This document shows positions 49,888 to 59,611 of a stretch of 64,000 nt of DNA, in pieces. A program made the translations under genes and the position numbers. The stretch's first letter is position 1; the number at the start of each line of letters is the position of its first letter. The notes beneath the pieces are model-generated. The model had not been told where the DNA came from. It searched no databases and saw only the letters and a list, made by a program, of their open reading frames with translations. Origin of the DNA: Candidatus Zixiibacteriota bacterium (lineage in GTDB: Bacteria; Zixibacteria; MSB-5A5; GN15; JAAZOE01). The DNA lies in NCBI GenBank assembly GCA_043819555.1, contig JBDREQ010000076.1, forward strand, positions 1 to 64,000, read 5' to 3'.

Positions 49888-51422
49888 GCAATAAATTGAT
49901 CAAGATCAAAAATAGTCGTCGCATCTGAAGTTAATACGCGGTCGCAGTTATTTACCTGATAAGCAATCACTTCAGGCGGTGAAAGCAATTCTCTATATTT
50001 TGATGATTTGAAAAACTCCAGCGTATCTCCGCAATATTCAATCTTCCCGTTTTGCAGAAATGCCATCCTGTCGGCTAATTCCCCAAGCACATCTCCATTA
50101 TGTGAGATAATTAAGATAGCCTTATCATCCGATTTGAGCCTTCTAACCATCCTCGAAAAATGTCGTATTCCGTTTTCGTCCAAACCGCAAGTCGGTTCAT
50201 CGAATATTATCATTTCATATTCCAGAGCAAGGACAATGGCAAAAGCCAGGCGTCTGGCCTCACCGCCGGAGAGAGTATGCGGATCCCTGCTAACGAATAA
50301 CTCCGGAGTAAGACCGGCTAATTTCAGACTATCTTTCACTCGCTTATCCAATAAAGAACTACTTTCAATGTTGTTTTTAATACCATATGCGACTTCATTA
50401 TACACCGTATCAAGAAAAAACTGCCGTTCCGGTTGCTGAAAACTCATTACCGCCCGGCCGTGACCTGTCTGGAATCTTATCCGCCCTTTATCCGGTTTGT
50501 ATATTCCGCATAATATCTGAGCAAGAGTAGATTTGCCGGAACCTGATTCCCCGGCCAGACCGATAACTTCACCGCGATTAATGGTAAGAGTCAAATCATT
50601 TAATACTCCCGTATTCTGTGAACCGTAGGAAAACGATATTTTTTCGATGTTTGTACTCAGTGTTTTTCTATCTGAATTCAGGTATGTCTTTCTATTATCC
50701 AATGGAATCAGGTATTTAAGAGGCGGTCTTAATCCGGCGCGCCGCAACGCATCCAAATCTGAAAACACTTTATCGGGACAATCATCTTTTACGACCTGCC
50801 CGCGATCAATTATTAAGACTCTTGAATATTTTTCAGCGACTGATGGATATTGGGTAACTCGAATAATCGTAATTCCGCCATTTTTGCCGCACATCTCTTC
50901 CAAAACGGTATCCAGCTTTTGGGCGCTGTTAAAATCAAGATATGATGACGGTTCATCGAGAAATAGAATTTTGGGAGCGGCGGCAAATACTCCGGCCAAT
51001 GACAATCTTTGCTTTTCTCCACCAGATAGATTCCAGACCAGGCGATCACGAAATATCTCAAGGCCAAAATCCATGAGAGTCTGATTTACGATTCTTTCAA
51101 TCTTCGGCTGAGGATAATTTAAATTTTCGGGAGTAAAGGCGATCTCTCTCTCAACTGTTGTGGCCACGAGCGCGTTATCGGGGTCCTGAAACAGGAACCC
51201 AAATCCTGGAATGATTCCGCTCTCAACCTTATTTTTTATTGAAATCGTACCGGCTTGAGGCCTCAGAAGTCCGCACATTAGCATTCCCAGCGTAGTCTTT
51301 CCCGAACCGTTCCCCCCCATAATCGCGATTTGCTCACCGGAATTAATCGATAGATTTAATTTATTCAAGATTGCGCGAGAATCTTCGCCATATGAGAATG
51401 TAACGTTTTCAAACTTAATCAT
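49884..51422 (-). CDS. Fused duplicated ECF-type ABC ATPase (EcfA-A')
   Basis: Two Walker A motifs (GGNGSGKT, GESGSGKS), FQDPD/FQQPE, two LSGGE, DEP. Confidence 0.88.
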   Translation of the reverse strand: MIKFENVTFSYGEDSRAILNKLNLSINSGEQIAIMGGNGSGKTTLGMLMCGLLRPQAGTISIKNKVESGIIPGFGFLFQDPDNALVATTVEREIAFTPENLNYPQPKIERIVNQTLMDFGLEIFRDRLVWNLSGGEKQRLSLAGVFAAAPKILFLDEPSSYLDFNSAQKLDTVLEEMCGKNGGITIIRVTQYPSVAEKYSRVLIIDRGQVVKDDCPDKVFSDLDALRRAGLRPPLKYLIPLDNRKTYLNSDRKTLSTNIEKISFSYGSQNTGVLNDLTLTINRGEVIGLAGESGSGKSTLAQILCGIYKPDKGRIRFQTGHGRAVMSFQQPERQFFLDTVYNEVAYGIKNNIESSSLLDKRVKDSLKLAGLTPELFVSRDPHTLSGGEARRLAFAIVLALEYEMIIFDEPTCGLDENGIRHFSRMVRRLKSDDKAILIISHNGDVLGELADRMAFLQNGKIEYCGDTLEFFKSSKYRELLSPPEVIAYQVNNCDRVLTSDATTIFDLDQFIA

Positions 51423-51428
51423 GACAAT

Positions 51429-51463
51429 AAAAAACCGACGCTGCCATTGGCAACATCGGTTTT
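51429..51463 (-). terminator. Intrinsic terminator after gcvPB
   Basis: AAAACCGATGTTGCCA-a-TGGCAGCGTCGGTTTTTT. Confidence 0.8.
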
Positions 51464-51481
51464 ATCCAATGGCGTTTATCT

Positions 51482-52930
51482 TCATTCAGGATAACAAATA
51501 TCCAGCGTTTTGGTCGCTTTAACTTCGTCAAGACGCCTGACCGGCGTATTATGCGGTGCCTCTCTTACAAGGTCCGGATCACTGTCAATTTCTTTGTCAA
51601 TTTGAAGCATCACGTCCGCAAAATAATCCAGCGTTTCTTTTGACTCCGTTTCGGTCGGTTCAATCATAATCGCCTCTGGAACAATAAGCGGAAAATAAAT
51701 CGTCGGCGCATGAAGCCCAAAATCAAGAAGACGCTTGGCGATATCGGCGGTTCGTATGCCCCGCTTTTTCTGCCTGTTTCCCGAGAGAACAAATTCGTGC
51801 TGGCAAATACCATTAAACGGTACTTCAAACGCGTCTTTCAGCCGTTCCTTAAGATAATTGGCATTGAGAACGGCATTTTCCGACACGCGTTTCACGCCGA
51901 GCGGGCCAAGATGCCTCAAATAAGTATAGGCGCGAACCATATTGGCGAAATTGCCGTAGAATGAATGCATTCTGCCAATGCTCTCCGGGCGATCATAATC
52001 AAGAAAATATTTCCCGTCTTTTTTGGTTATAATCGGTTTGGGCAAAAATGGAATCAACTCATCGGTCACAGCCAATGCCCCGGCACCGGGACCGCCTCCG
52101 CCGTGTGGAGTAGATAGCGTCTTATGCAAATTATAATGGACAATGTCAAAACCCATATCGGCTGGACGAGATTGGCCCATTAGCGCGTTGAGATTGGCGC
52201 CGTCCATATAAAGCATACCGCCGGCCGCATGAACAACTTTTGCTATTTTCTCAATTTCAGTCTCGAACAACCCCAGAGTATTAGGATTGGTAATCATTAT
52301 CCCGGCCGTTTCCTTATCCATAACCTCGGCAATATGCTCAGCCGAAATAATGCCTTTATCCGAAGAACTGAACTGGTTCACCTGATACCCGGATAATATT
52401 ACTGAGGCCGGATTAGTTCCATGAGCAGAATCGGGAATCAAAATTTTCTTCCGGACATCTCCCCGCTTTTTCATTGCCGCCCGTATCAGAAGCAATCCCA
52501 TTAATTCACAGTGAGCCCCGGCCACTGGTTGCAATGTTGCTTGCTTAAATCCGGTTATTGTCGCCAGCATCTCAGCAAGTTCATACATCAATCGCAAGGC
52601 TCCCTGACATTCCTCAATCGGCGCTAATGGATGTAATTTCGAGAAACCATGCAATCCGGCCATGGCATCATTGACTTTTGGGTTATATTTCATCGTGCAT
52701 GAACCCAACGGATAGAATCCCTTGTCGATATGATGATTGCGAGTGGACAATTCTATATAATGACGCACCAGTTCCGGCTCAGATATTTCAGGCAATCCCG
52801 AAGCGTCCTGACGACGGTATTTCTCCGGGATTAATCCGGTTACTTTATCCACACCCGATTTCAATTCCGGCAGGGAAAAACCCGACCTGCCTGATCGGGA
52901 TTTTTCATAAATTAAAATATCTTTGTTCAT
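51482..52930 (-). CDS. gcvPB: Glycine dehydrogenase subunit 2
   Basis: PLGSCTMKYNP, HGTNPAS, NLHKTLSTPHGGGGPG. Confidence 0.96.
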   Translation of the reverse strand: MNKDILIYEKSRSGRSGFSLPELKSGVDKVTGLIPEKYRRQDASGLPEISEPELVRHYIELSTRNHHIDKGFYPLGSCTMKYNPKVNDAMAGLHGFSKLHPLAPIEECQGALRLMYELAEMLATITGFKQATLQPVAGAHCELMGLLLIRAAMKKRGDVRKKILIPDSAHGTNPASVILSGYQVNQFSSSDKGIISAEHIAEVMDKETAGIMITNPNTLGLFETEIEKIAKVVHAAGGMLYMDGANLNALMGQSRPADMGFDIVHYNLHKTLSTPHGGGGPGAGALAVTDELIPFLPKPIITKKDGKYFLDYDRPESIGRMHSFYGNFANMVRAYTYLRHLGPLGVKRVSENAVLNANYLKERLKDAFEVPFNGICQHEFVLSGNRQKKRGIRTADIAKRLLDFGLHAPTIYFPLIVPEAIMIEPTETESKETLDYFADVMLQIDKEIDSDPDLVREAPHNTPVRRLDEVKATKTLDICYPE

Positions 52931-52940
52931 ATTATTTTGA

Positions 52941-53903
52941 TCAGCTGCCTTCGGTTTCCTCCGGAGGATTTTCTATTTCTTCGATTTGTTCTTTAACCCA
53001 GTTTGCGTCTCCGGAATCAGGGTGCTTTTCCAAAAATTCTTTGAATAAAAGCAAGGCCTTATCATTATCGCCCTTTTGCTTGAGGCAATACGGAATATAA
53101 ACCATGGCGTCCAAAATCAATTCTGAATCGGGGTATTCCTTCATAAAGGTCTCAAATGCGGCTATAGCCTCATCATATTTTTCCGCCCGCGATTTTGTCG
53201 TCGCGATAGAAAAAACGGCATCATCAACCAATTCAGACTCAGGATATGTGGTCTGCAATTTCTGAAAAGCCTCTTCGGCCCCGGCATACTGTTTGGCCCG
53301 TTTTTTCATCTGACCCAAATTATACAGGGCACTGTCGGAATAACCATCCTTGTTGGTGGGATCGCCCTGTAATATCTTGCGATAGAAAGTTTCAGCATCG
53401 GTATAGGCGCTGCGGCTGGTATATTTTTCAGCGATTTTGTTATACAATTGCATGGTCGGCGCTGTTTCAGCCTGTTGTAGATAATCTCCCAGGGTATTTT
53501 TGTTCATCAAATAATCATTGACGGTCTGGATGAAATCTTCGGGAGGAGCATAACCCCAAATCCGATCAATTTCGGTTCCATCAGCATTGGCAATTATCTC
53601 GCTTGGATAACCACTAATGCCATAATGTTGAGCCAGGGTAGTATCTTCCCAGCCGTTAACTTTAACGGCCACGAGCTTAGAACTTATCAATTCAATAACT
53701 TCATCGTTTCGATACGTCACGGTATCGAGGACATGGCACCATGGTCATTTGACTCGCCAAAAAGATATTAAGACTTTCTTTCCCTGTTCGTTGGCTGCCT
53801 TAAGCGCATTATCATAAGAATCGACGAATTTAACTTCATTGGCGGCGCTTATACCGGCAAACGCAAATAACACCAAAAGTACAGCCAATACGGCTTTCTT
53901 CAT
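52941..53903 (-). CDS. Exported thioredoxin-fold + TPR selenoprotein, 320 aa, Sec at codon 53 (U-P-W-C)
   Basis: ATG 53903 after GAGG; signal peptide MKKAVLAVLLVLFAFAGISAA; Trx lead-in YDNALKAANEQGKKVLISFWRVK-TGA-PWC in frame with ORF 52941-53720; GYPS cis-Pro loop; TPR repeats. Confidence 0.85.
53709..53728 (-). promoter_or_regulatory. Candidate bacterial SECIS element
   Basis: Perfect 7-bp stem TCGATAC/GTATCGA with loop CGTGAC, 16 nt after the in-frame UGA (53745-53747). Confidence 0.72.
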
Positions 53904-53920
53904 GTTGTCCTCACTTTTGT

Positions 53921-54310
53921 TTAGTTTATATCTATAAATCTTGCTTTATTCCAATCGTCACCAAGAATTACTTCGCCCTCGTGCATAGCATCTTCGATAA
54001 ATTCTTCCGGGACGAGAATAGTATAGCCTCCCCCAACCGAACGTGAGGAAGATATACCCATTTGACCGGTGGCTCCAAAATGTCCCGCCCCTGAAATCAT
54101 TACCACCGGTATGTCCTTTGCTTTTAATCCCTCAATCACCATATAGGCAAGTTGATCACTGAGTAATCTCACCAGAGGAGTCCAATTATCGTAATCCAGT
54201 TCATTTTCTTCATCTTTTACTGGCAAAGAATCAACCAATTTGGCTTCGCAATCGGGACATTCGCCGATTCCCCACTCATATTCATATTTACATTTGGGAC
54301 AAAACGGCAT
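53921..54310 (-). CDS. Zinc-ribbon + DUF2007-like (putative signal-transducing) protein
   Basis: MPFCPKC...CPDC followed by LKAKDIP...ILVPEE. Confidence 0.75.
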   Translation of the reverse strand: MPFCPKCKYEYEWGIGECPDCEAKLVDSLPVKDEENELDYDNWTPLVRLLSDQLAYMVIEGLKAKDIPVVMISGAGHFGATGQMGISSSRSVGGGYTILVPEEFIEDAMHEGEVILGDDWNKARFIDIN

Positions 54311-54314
54311 AGAA

Positions 54315-54638
54315 CTACCCTTCATCCTCTTCAGATGTCTCTTGCTTGCTATCAAGGAATATCTTAACCAATTCCGATGCCTCGGCTTCATATTCGCCCG
54401 GTACCATAATCTTAAACATTTCTACTTTTCCCGAATATAAAGATCTTAATGGCAACCCAGCCGACCCAAATACTCCCGGCTTTGTATCTAATACTGCGGG
54501 GATATCATAGGACTTCAAACCATTCACAGCAAATTCAGCGGTCATACGATCGGGTGCTTCCGCTACTACAACCCAATTAGTTCTGATCTCAGAATTCTCA
54601 TAGAGTTCTTCGTTTATGTTATTATTTTCCGGTTCCAT
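54315..54638 (-). CDS. DUF2007-like (putative signal-transducing) protein
   Basis: WVVV...AEFAVNGLKSYDIP...IMVPGEYEAEA. Confidence 0.7.
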   Translation of the reverse strand: MEPENNNINEELYENSEIRTNWVVVAEAPDRMTAEFAVNGLKSYDIPAVLDTKPGVFGSAGLPLRSLYSGKVEMFKIMVPGEYEAEASELVKIFLDSKQETSEEDEG

Positions 54639-56004
54639 CTCGTATTGAAGCCTTTGCAGGTTTCTCCTCACTATTTATGTGTGACAACACCTCAACTAAT
54701 GCGTCGCAATCCCCAAAACTATTCATCTCTGTAACAGCCAAAAGCAAATGATTGTTCAAATCGGGATAAAAAATACTCAGATCAATCCCGGCTCCAAAAC
54801 CCTTAGCATTGGCGAGTTCAAGTATTTGCCCGGCGGGGGCATTGGTTTCTACTACAAATTCTTTGAAAAACGGCTTCTCATTCCAAACTCGATATCCTTT
54901 GATTTGAGAGATTTTATCGGCTAGATAATGGGCCCGCTCGGTTGATATTTGAGCAACTCGCCGGATACCGTGCCTGCCCATCAGCGACATATAAATCGTC
55001 GCCGCTGTTGCGCATAAGGCTTCGTTGGTGCAAATATTCGAAGTCGCTTTATCACGCCGAATATGCTGCTCTCGCGTTTGGAGCGTTAAAACAAATCCGG
55101 ATTTTCCATCAACATCAGTCGTTCGAGCCGCCAGTCTTCCGGGGATTTTTCGAACAAACTCCTTACGGCAGGCAAATAATCCAAGAAGCGGCCCACCGAA
55201 ATTTTGCGGAATGCCAAATGACTGCCCCTCGCCAACGGCAATGTCGGCATTGTATTCGGCCGGGGTCTTTAATATCCCAAGTGAAATTGGGTCGAAGACA
55301 TTGACGAACAGTCCCCCGGCATCATGAATTGCCTTTTCTCCCCGCTCTATATCCTCAAGATATCCAAAGAAATTCGGCTGACCCAAGATTAAGCAGGCAC
55401 ATTGGTCATCTATAAATTCGTTTAAGATATTGTAATCCGTCGAACCATTGGCATATGGGACAGTGACTATTTCCAAATCCATCCCCTGAATCGACGTTTT
55501 CAATACATCCCGATATATCGGATTGATCGTTTCAGAAATCACAATTTTATTTCGCCGCGTGTGGTTAACGGCCAAAAGAGCCGCTTCGGTCACAGCCGTT
55601 GCCCCATCATAAAGCGAGGCGTTGGCAACATCCAATCCGGTCAGGCGGCATATATGAGTCTGGAACTCATAAATAACCTGAAGCGTTCCCTGCGCGACTT
55701 CGGCCTGATACGGCGTATAGGCTGTCATAAATTCAGGACGCATTGCCAGCGACCAGACTACCGGTGGAATAAAATGATTATAAATTCCGGCCCCAATAAA
55801 ATTAGTTTTACAGGTGTTATTCCTGCCAGCCATCTCTTCCAGATGGCGAACAAGTTCCGGCTCGCTTAAAGCCGGCGGCAATTCGAGCGGTTTCTTCAAA
55901 CGCAATTTTTCAGGAACCGCGGCGAATAAATCAGCGGTTTTAGAAACCCCGATTGATTTAAGCATGGCCTTTATATCATCGGGGCTATTGGGTATGTATA
56001 CCAT
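54622..56004 (-). CDS. gcvPA: Glycine dehydrogenase subunit 1
   Basis: TAYTPYQAE, NASLYDGA, TREQHIRRDKATSNIC. Confidence 0.96.
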   Translation of the reverse strand: MVYIPNSPDDIKAMLKSIGVSKTADLFAAVPEKLRLKKPLELPPALSEPELVRHLEEMAGRNNTCKTNFIGAGIYNHFIPPVVWSLAMRPEFMTAYTPYQAEVAQGTLQVIYEFQTHICRLTGLDVANASLYDGATAVTEAALLAVNHTRRNKIVISETINPIYRDVLKTSIQGMDLEIVTVPYANGSTDYNILNEFIDDQCACLILGQPNFFGYLEDIERGEKAIHDAGGLFVNVFDPISLGILKTPAEYNADIAVGEGQSFGIPQNFGGPLLGLFACRKEFVRKIPGRLAARTTDVDGKSGFVLTLQTREQHIRRDKATSNICTNEALCATAATIYMSLMGRHGIRRVAQISTERAHYLADKISQIKGYRVWNEKPFFKEFVVETNAPAGQILELANAKGFGAGIDLSIFYPDLNNHLLLAVTEMNSFGDCDALVEVLSHINSEEKPAKASIRDGTGK

Positions 56005-56011
56005 AGGCAGT

Positions 56012-56392
56012 TTATTCCGTAATCAATTCTTTGTATTGGTGCGCGCTTAATAAGCTGTCAATTTCTTCAGGTTTTGACATTTTAACTTTAATCATCCAGC
56101 CCTGACCATACGGATCCTTGTTGATAATCCCAGCATCTTCTTCAATCATATCATTTACGGCTCCAACCGTACCGCTGACAGGCGAGAACATTTCCGAAAC
56201 CGCTTTTACAGCTTCAATAGTGCCAAAAGCTTCCATTTTTTTTACATCGCTTCCGATGTTCGGAAGCTCGACAAAAACTATATCTCCCAACTCCCCCTGG
56301 GCAAAATCTGTGATTCCGATTTCGGCCTCGTCATCTTTAATGCGGACCCACTCATGTTCTTTTGTATACTTTAATTCTTCAGGAATATTCAC
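56012..56392 (-). CDS. gcvH: Glycine cleavage system H protein
   Basis: YTKEHEW, GITDFAQ, EAVKAVS lipoyl Lys; GTG start after GGAGG. Confidence 0.96.
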   Translation of the reverse strand: MNIPEELKYTKEHEWVRIKDDEAEIGITDFAQGELGDIVFVELPNIGSDVKKMEAFGTIEAVKAVSEMFSPVSGTVGAVNDMIEEDAGIINKDPYGQGWMIKVKMSKPEEIDSLLSAHQYKELITE

Positions 56393-56412
56393 ATAACCTC
56401 CCAATAATATCA

Positions 56413-57798
56413 TCAAGACGTCTGCTTGGTTTTATCCTTTTTCTTCAATCCGGCTTCCTTACTCAAATGCTTCTCGATAAACGAAGTGTCAAAATGTCCT
56501 GATACAAAATCAGGTTGCGTCAAAATTAATTTATGGAAATCAATTGTGGTTGCCACGCCTTCCACAATAAATTCATCCAATGCCGTCAACGTTTTTACAA
56601 TCGCATGCTGCCGGTCATTACCCTTAACAATCAGCTTGCCAATCATTGAATCGTAAAACGGGGGAATAATATATTGACCGTACGCATGAGTATCTACTCG
56701 TACGCCATGTCCCCCCGGCTGATGAAATGTAGTAATTTTTCCCGGAGATGGTCTGAAACCATTTTGAGGATCCTCGGCATTTATCCTGCATTCAATTACA
56801 TGACCCCGAAAGTTGACATCTTCCTGGCGCAATTCCAGCCTCTCTCCCGAAGCGATTTTTATCTGTTCGGCGACGATATCAATTCCGGTCAACTCCTCGG
56901 TCACTGGATGTTCCACCTGGATCCGAGTATTCATTTCCATGAAATAAAATTGGCCATTATTATCGACCAAAAACTCAATCGTTCCGGCGCCTCGATATCC
57001 GACCGAGGCGGCTCCTTTAATCGCGGCCTCACCCATTCGGCGGCGCAAGTCGGCATCGACAATTGGTGAAGGTGATTCTTCCAGTAATTTTTGATGGCGC
57101 CGCTGAACGGAGCAATCACGCTCCCCCAAATGAACGATATTGCCATAATTATCGCCGAGAATCTGCATTTCAACATGATGCGGTTCAAATACGACTCTCT
57201 CTATATATAATGCCCCGTCATTAAAGGCCGCCTCGGCTTCGGCTCGCGCCATATTAAATGCCGTTTCCAGTTCTTCCGGTGCCCTGGCGATTCTCATTCC
57301 CCGACCGCCGCCGCCGGCGGATGCTTTAATTAAAACCGGGTAACCGACCTGTTCGGCAATACGAGCCGCTTCGTCTATACTATGTATCAAGCCATCGGAA
57401 CCGGGAATCGTCGGAACTCCAGCCTTCTGCATCAATTCTTTGGCCTTGGCCTTGGCGCCCATTTGACGAATCATCTGGCCGCTTGGCCCGATAAAGGTGA
57501 TATTGCATTCTTCACAAATTTCAGCGAATTCGGCATTTTCTGCCAAAAAACCATATCCCGGATGGATAGCTTCCGCATTTGTTACTTCGGCCGCGGCAAT
57601 GATTCGTTTGGGATCCAGATAAGATTCAAGGGCCTGCGGTGGGCCAATGCATACATCTTCGTCAGCAAAGCGCACATGCAGTGAATCGGCATCAGCTTCG
57701 GAATACACCGCCACCGTCTTGATTCCAAGGTGTTGACAGGCGCGTATTATCCTGAGCGCGATTTCGCCCCTGTTAGCTACTAATATTTTTTTAAACAA
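56413..57798 (-). CDS. accC: Acetyl-CoA carboxylase biotin carboxylase
   Basis: [34 protein letters not shown]. Confidence 0.96.
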   Translation of the reverse strand: MFKKILVANRGEIALRIIRACQHLGIKTVAVYSEADADSLHVRFADEDVCIGPPQALESYLDPKRIIAAAEVTNAEAIHPGYGFLAENAEFAEICEECNITFIGPSGQMIRQMGAKAKAKELMQKAGVPTIPGSDGLIHSIDEAARIAEQVGYPVLIKASAGGGGRGMRIARAPEELETAFNMARAEAEAAFNDGALYIERVVFEPHHVEMQILGDNYGNIVHLGERDCSVQRRHQKLLEESPSPIVDADLRRRMGEAAIKGAASVGYRGAGTIEFLVDNNGQFYFMEMNTRIQVEHPVTEELTGIDIVAEQIKIASGERLELRQEDVNFRGHVIECRINAEDPQNGFRPSPGKITTFHQPGGHGVRVDTHAYGQYIIPPFYDSMIGKLIVKGNDRQHAIVKTLTALDEFIVEGVATTIDFHKLILTQPDFVSGHFDTSFIEKHLSKEAGLKKKDKTKQTS

Positions 57799-57824
57799 CT
57801 ATCTACCTTCCCTTCAAGTTCAAT

Positions 57825-57853
57825 ATAATAACCAATCCCCGTTCGTATTTCAA
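57825..57853 (-). promoter_or_regulatory. Promoter for accC-gcv
   Basis: TTGAAA-N17-TATTAT. Confidence 0.5.
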
Positions 57854-57874
57854 CTAAACAAAATAACTTTGAAC

Positions 57875-57902
57875 AAAAAAAAGCCGCCCAAAAGAGGCGG
57901 CT
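57875..57902 (-). terminator. Intrinsic terminator after pilT
   Basis: AGCCGCC-TCTTTTG-GGCGGCT followed by a T run. Confidence 0.85.
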
Positions 57903-57925
57903 CAAAAGGCGCTGTCAATTGATTA

Positions 57926-59059
57926 TTATTTCAAAAATCCTTCTCTACTTACTTCAGAACCCGAACTCGTCTCGCCCCATCTATCAGACGCGCCGACTAC
58001 TCCCTTTATTCTCATATCAAAATCATCGGGATTGCTTGCGGCGCTCATAGCATCCTCATAACTTATTAAGCCCTGCTTATAGAGATTCATAATCGACTGA
58101 TCAAAAGTCTGCATTCCGTACTGACTCTTGCCCGACTCAATCAAATCCGGTATATTTCCGAATTTTTCCGGATCCATCAGACAATCGCGAACCGCGGCCG
58201 TATTTACAAGAATTTCCAGGGCCGGTACGCGACCCGGTATATCATGGCGGGATAACAATCGCTGACATACGATTGATTTAAGTGTTCCTGACAGCAATAA
58301 CCTAATTTGTTGATGCTGATGGGGCGGGAAAAAGGAGATAATTCTCGAGATCGTTTCCATAGTATTGAGTGTATGCAAGGTCGTAAGAACCAGATGACCG
58401 GTATCGGCCGCCGTCAGAGCGATTGACATCGTCTCCAGGTCTCGAATCTCGCCAATCAGGATTGTATCGGGATCCTGTCGAAAGGCGTGCCTTAAAGCCG
58501 TCGCAAATGATTCGGTATCCCCTCCTACTTCTCGCTGAGCGATAATTGACTTTTTATCCCTGAAAATATATTCTATAGGGTCTTCAATAGTCATAATGTT
58601 GCTGTGGCGATTGGCGTTCATCTCCTCGATAATCGCCGCCAGGGTGGTTGATTTGCCGGAACCTGTTGTCCCGGTAATTATTATCAATCCCCGGTTTTCA
58701 TAAGCCATTTTTCTAATTGAGTCGGGCAGATATAATTCCTCGAAACTCGGTATATGAGTATTTACCGAGCGAATAGCCATGCCCGCGGTACCGCGCTGGC
58801 GGAAAAGATTTATGCGGAATCGGCCAAGCTTGGCCACCGAAAGTGCCAGGTCAAGTTCATTCCGTTTATAAAATTTCTTTTGTTGCTCTTCGGATAAGAT
58901 TTGGGAAATCACCTGTTGCATATTTTCGACCGTCATTGGATCGGTCTCAATTTGCTCTAAATTTCCATTGGTTCTTAAGTAGGGGCGAATTCCGACTCGA
59001 AGGTGAAGGTCAGACGATTTTTTCTTTTGCATTTCGGTCAACATCTTTTTCAGGTTCAT
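57926..59059 (-). CDS. pilT: PilT/PilU-family type IV pilus retraction ATPase
   Basis: SDLHL, GTTGSGKST, TIEDPIE, RQDPD..GEIRD, TGHLV.TTLH, GMQTFDQ. Confidence 0.9.
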   Translation of the reverse strand: MNLKKMLTEMQKKKSSDLHLRVGIRPYLRTNGNLEQIETDPMTVENMQQVISQILSEEQQKKFYKRNELDLALSVAKLGRFRINLFRQRGTAGMAIRSVNTHIPSFEELYLPDSIRKMAYENRGLIIITGTTGSGKSTTLAAIIEEMNANRHSNIMTIEDPIEYIFRDKKSIIAQREVGGDTESFATALRHAFRQDPDTILIGEIRDLETMSIALTAADTGHLVLTTLHTLNTMETISRIISFFPPHQHQQIRLLLSGTLKSIVCQRLLSRHDIPGRVPALEILVNTAAVRDCLMDPEKFGNIPDLIESGKSQYGMQTFDQSIMNLYKQGLISYEDAMSAASNPDDFDMRIKGVVGASDRWGETSSGSEVSREGFLK

Positions 59060-59086
59060 CTAACCCTCCTAATATGTCGGTTTGGC

Positions 59087-59569
59087 CTACCCCGATGGAT
59101 CGACCAGAAATAAAGTTTGACCAAACTCAACCGGTTTGGCATTTTCAACACAGATTTTGACGATCCGGCCGGAAATCTCAGATTCGATTTCGTTCATCAA
59201 CTTCATCGCCTCGACGATACAAACGACATGGCCCTTTTCAATCTTTTGATTCTGCTCCACATACGGCTTTGCATCCGGAGCGGGGGCCGCATAAAAGGTA
59301 CCGACCATAGGCGATTTTATCGCTATATATTTATCCTCATTTGTCACAGGGGCGGCGGCCATCGGAGCCGTTTCATGCGCGGGCGCCGGACTGGAAACCG
59401 CCTGCTGAGGGGCCGCAATCGTCACTACCTGAGTATCTCCATTTGAAATCGAGGAACCATTAAGTTTCCTTGTTATCCGGACTTTTCGCCACCAACTGGA
59501 GACCTCAAGGACGTCTATATTTGATTCTTCGACCAATTGAATTAGTTTCTTTATTGTCTTTTCTTTCAT
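59087..59569 (-). CDS. accB: Biotin carboxyl carrier protein
   Basis: SPMVGTFY, EAMKLMN. Confidence 0.96.
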   Translation of the reverse strand: MKEKTIKKLIQLVEESNIDVLEVSSWWRKVRITRKLNGSSISNGDTQVVTIAAPQQAVSSPAPAHETAPMAAAPVTNEDKYIAIKSPMVGTFYAAPAPDAKPYVEQNQKIEKGHVVCIVEAMKLMNEIESEISGRIVKICVENAKPVEFGQTLFLVDPSG

Positions 59570-59611
59570 TTTCTACCTCAAATTTTTGTATCTGGTTAAG
59601 GTAGCAGAAAA

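Noticed and set aside
52941..53903. Pseudogene or UGA-reassigned genetic code as the explanation of the in-frame TGA
   Set aside because: TGA is a normal stop for many genes here (gap, pgk, gcvPB, accC), and this one sits exactly at a redox Cys position with a downstream hairpin. A nonsense mutation is not fully excluded.
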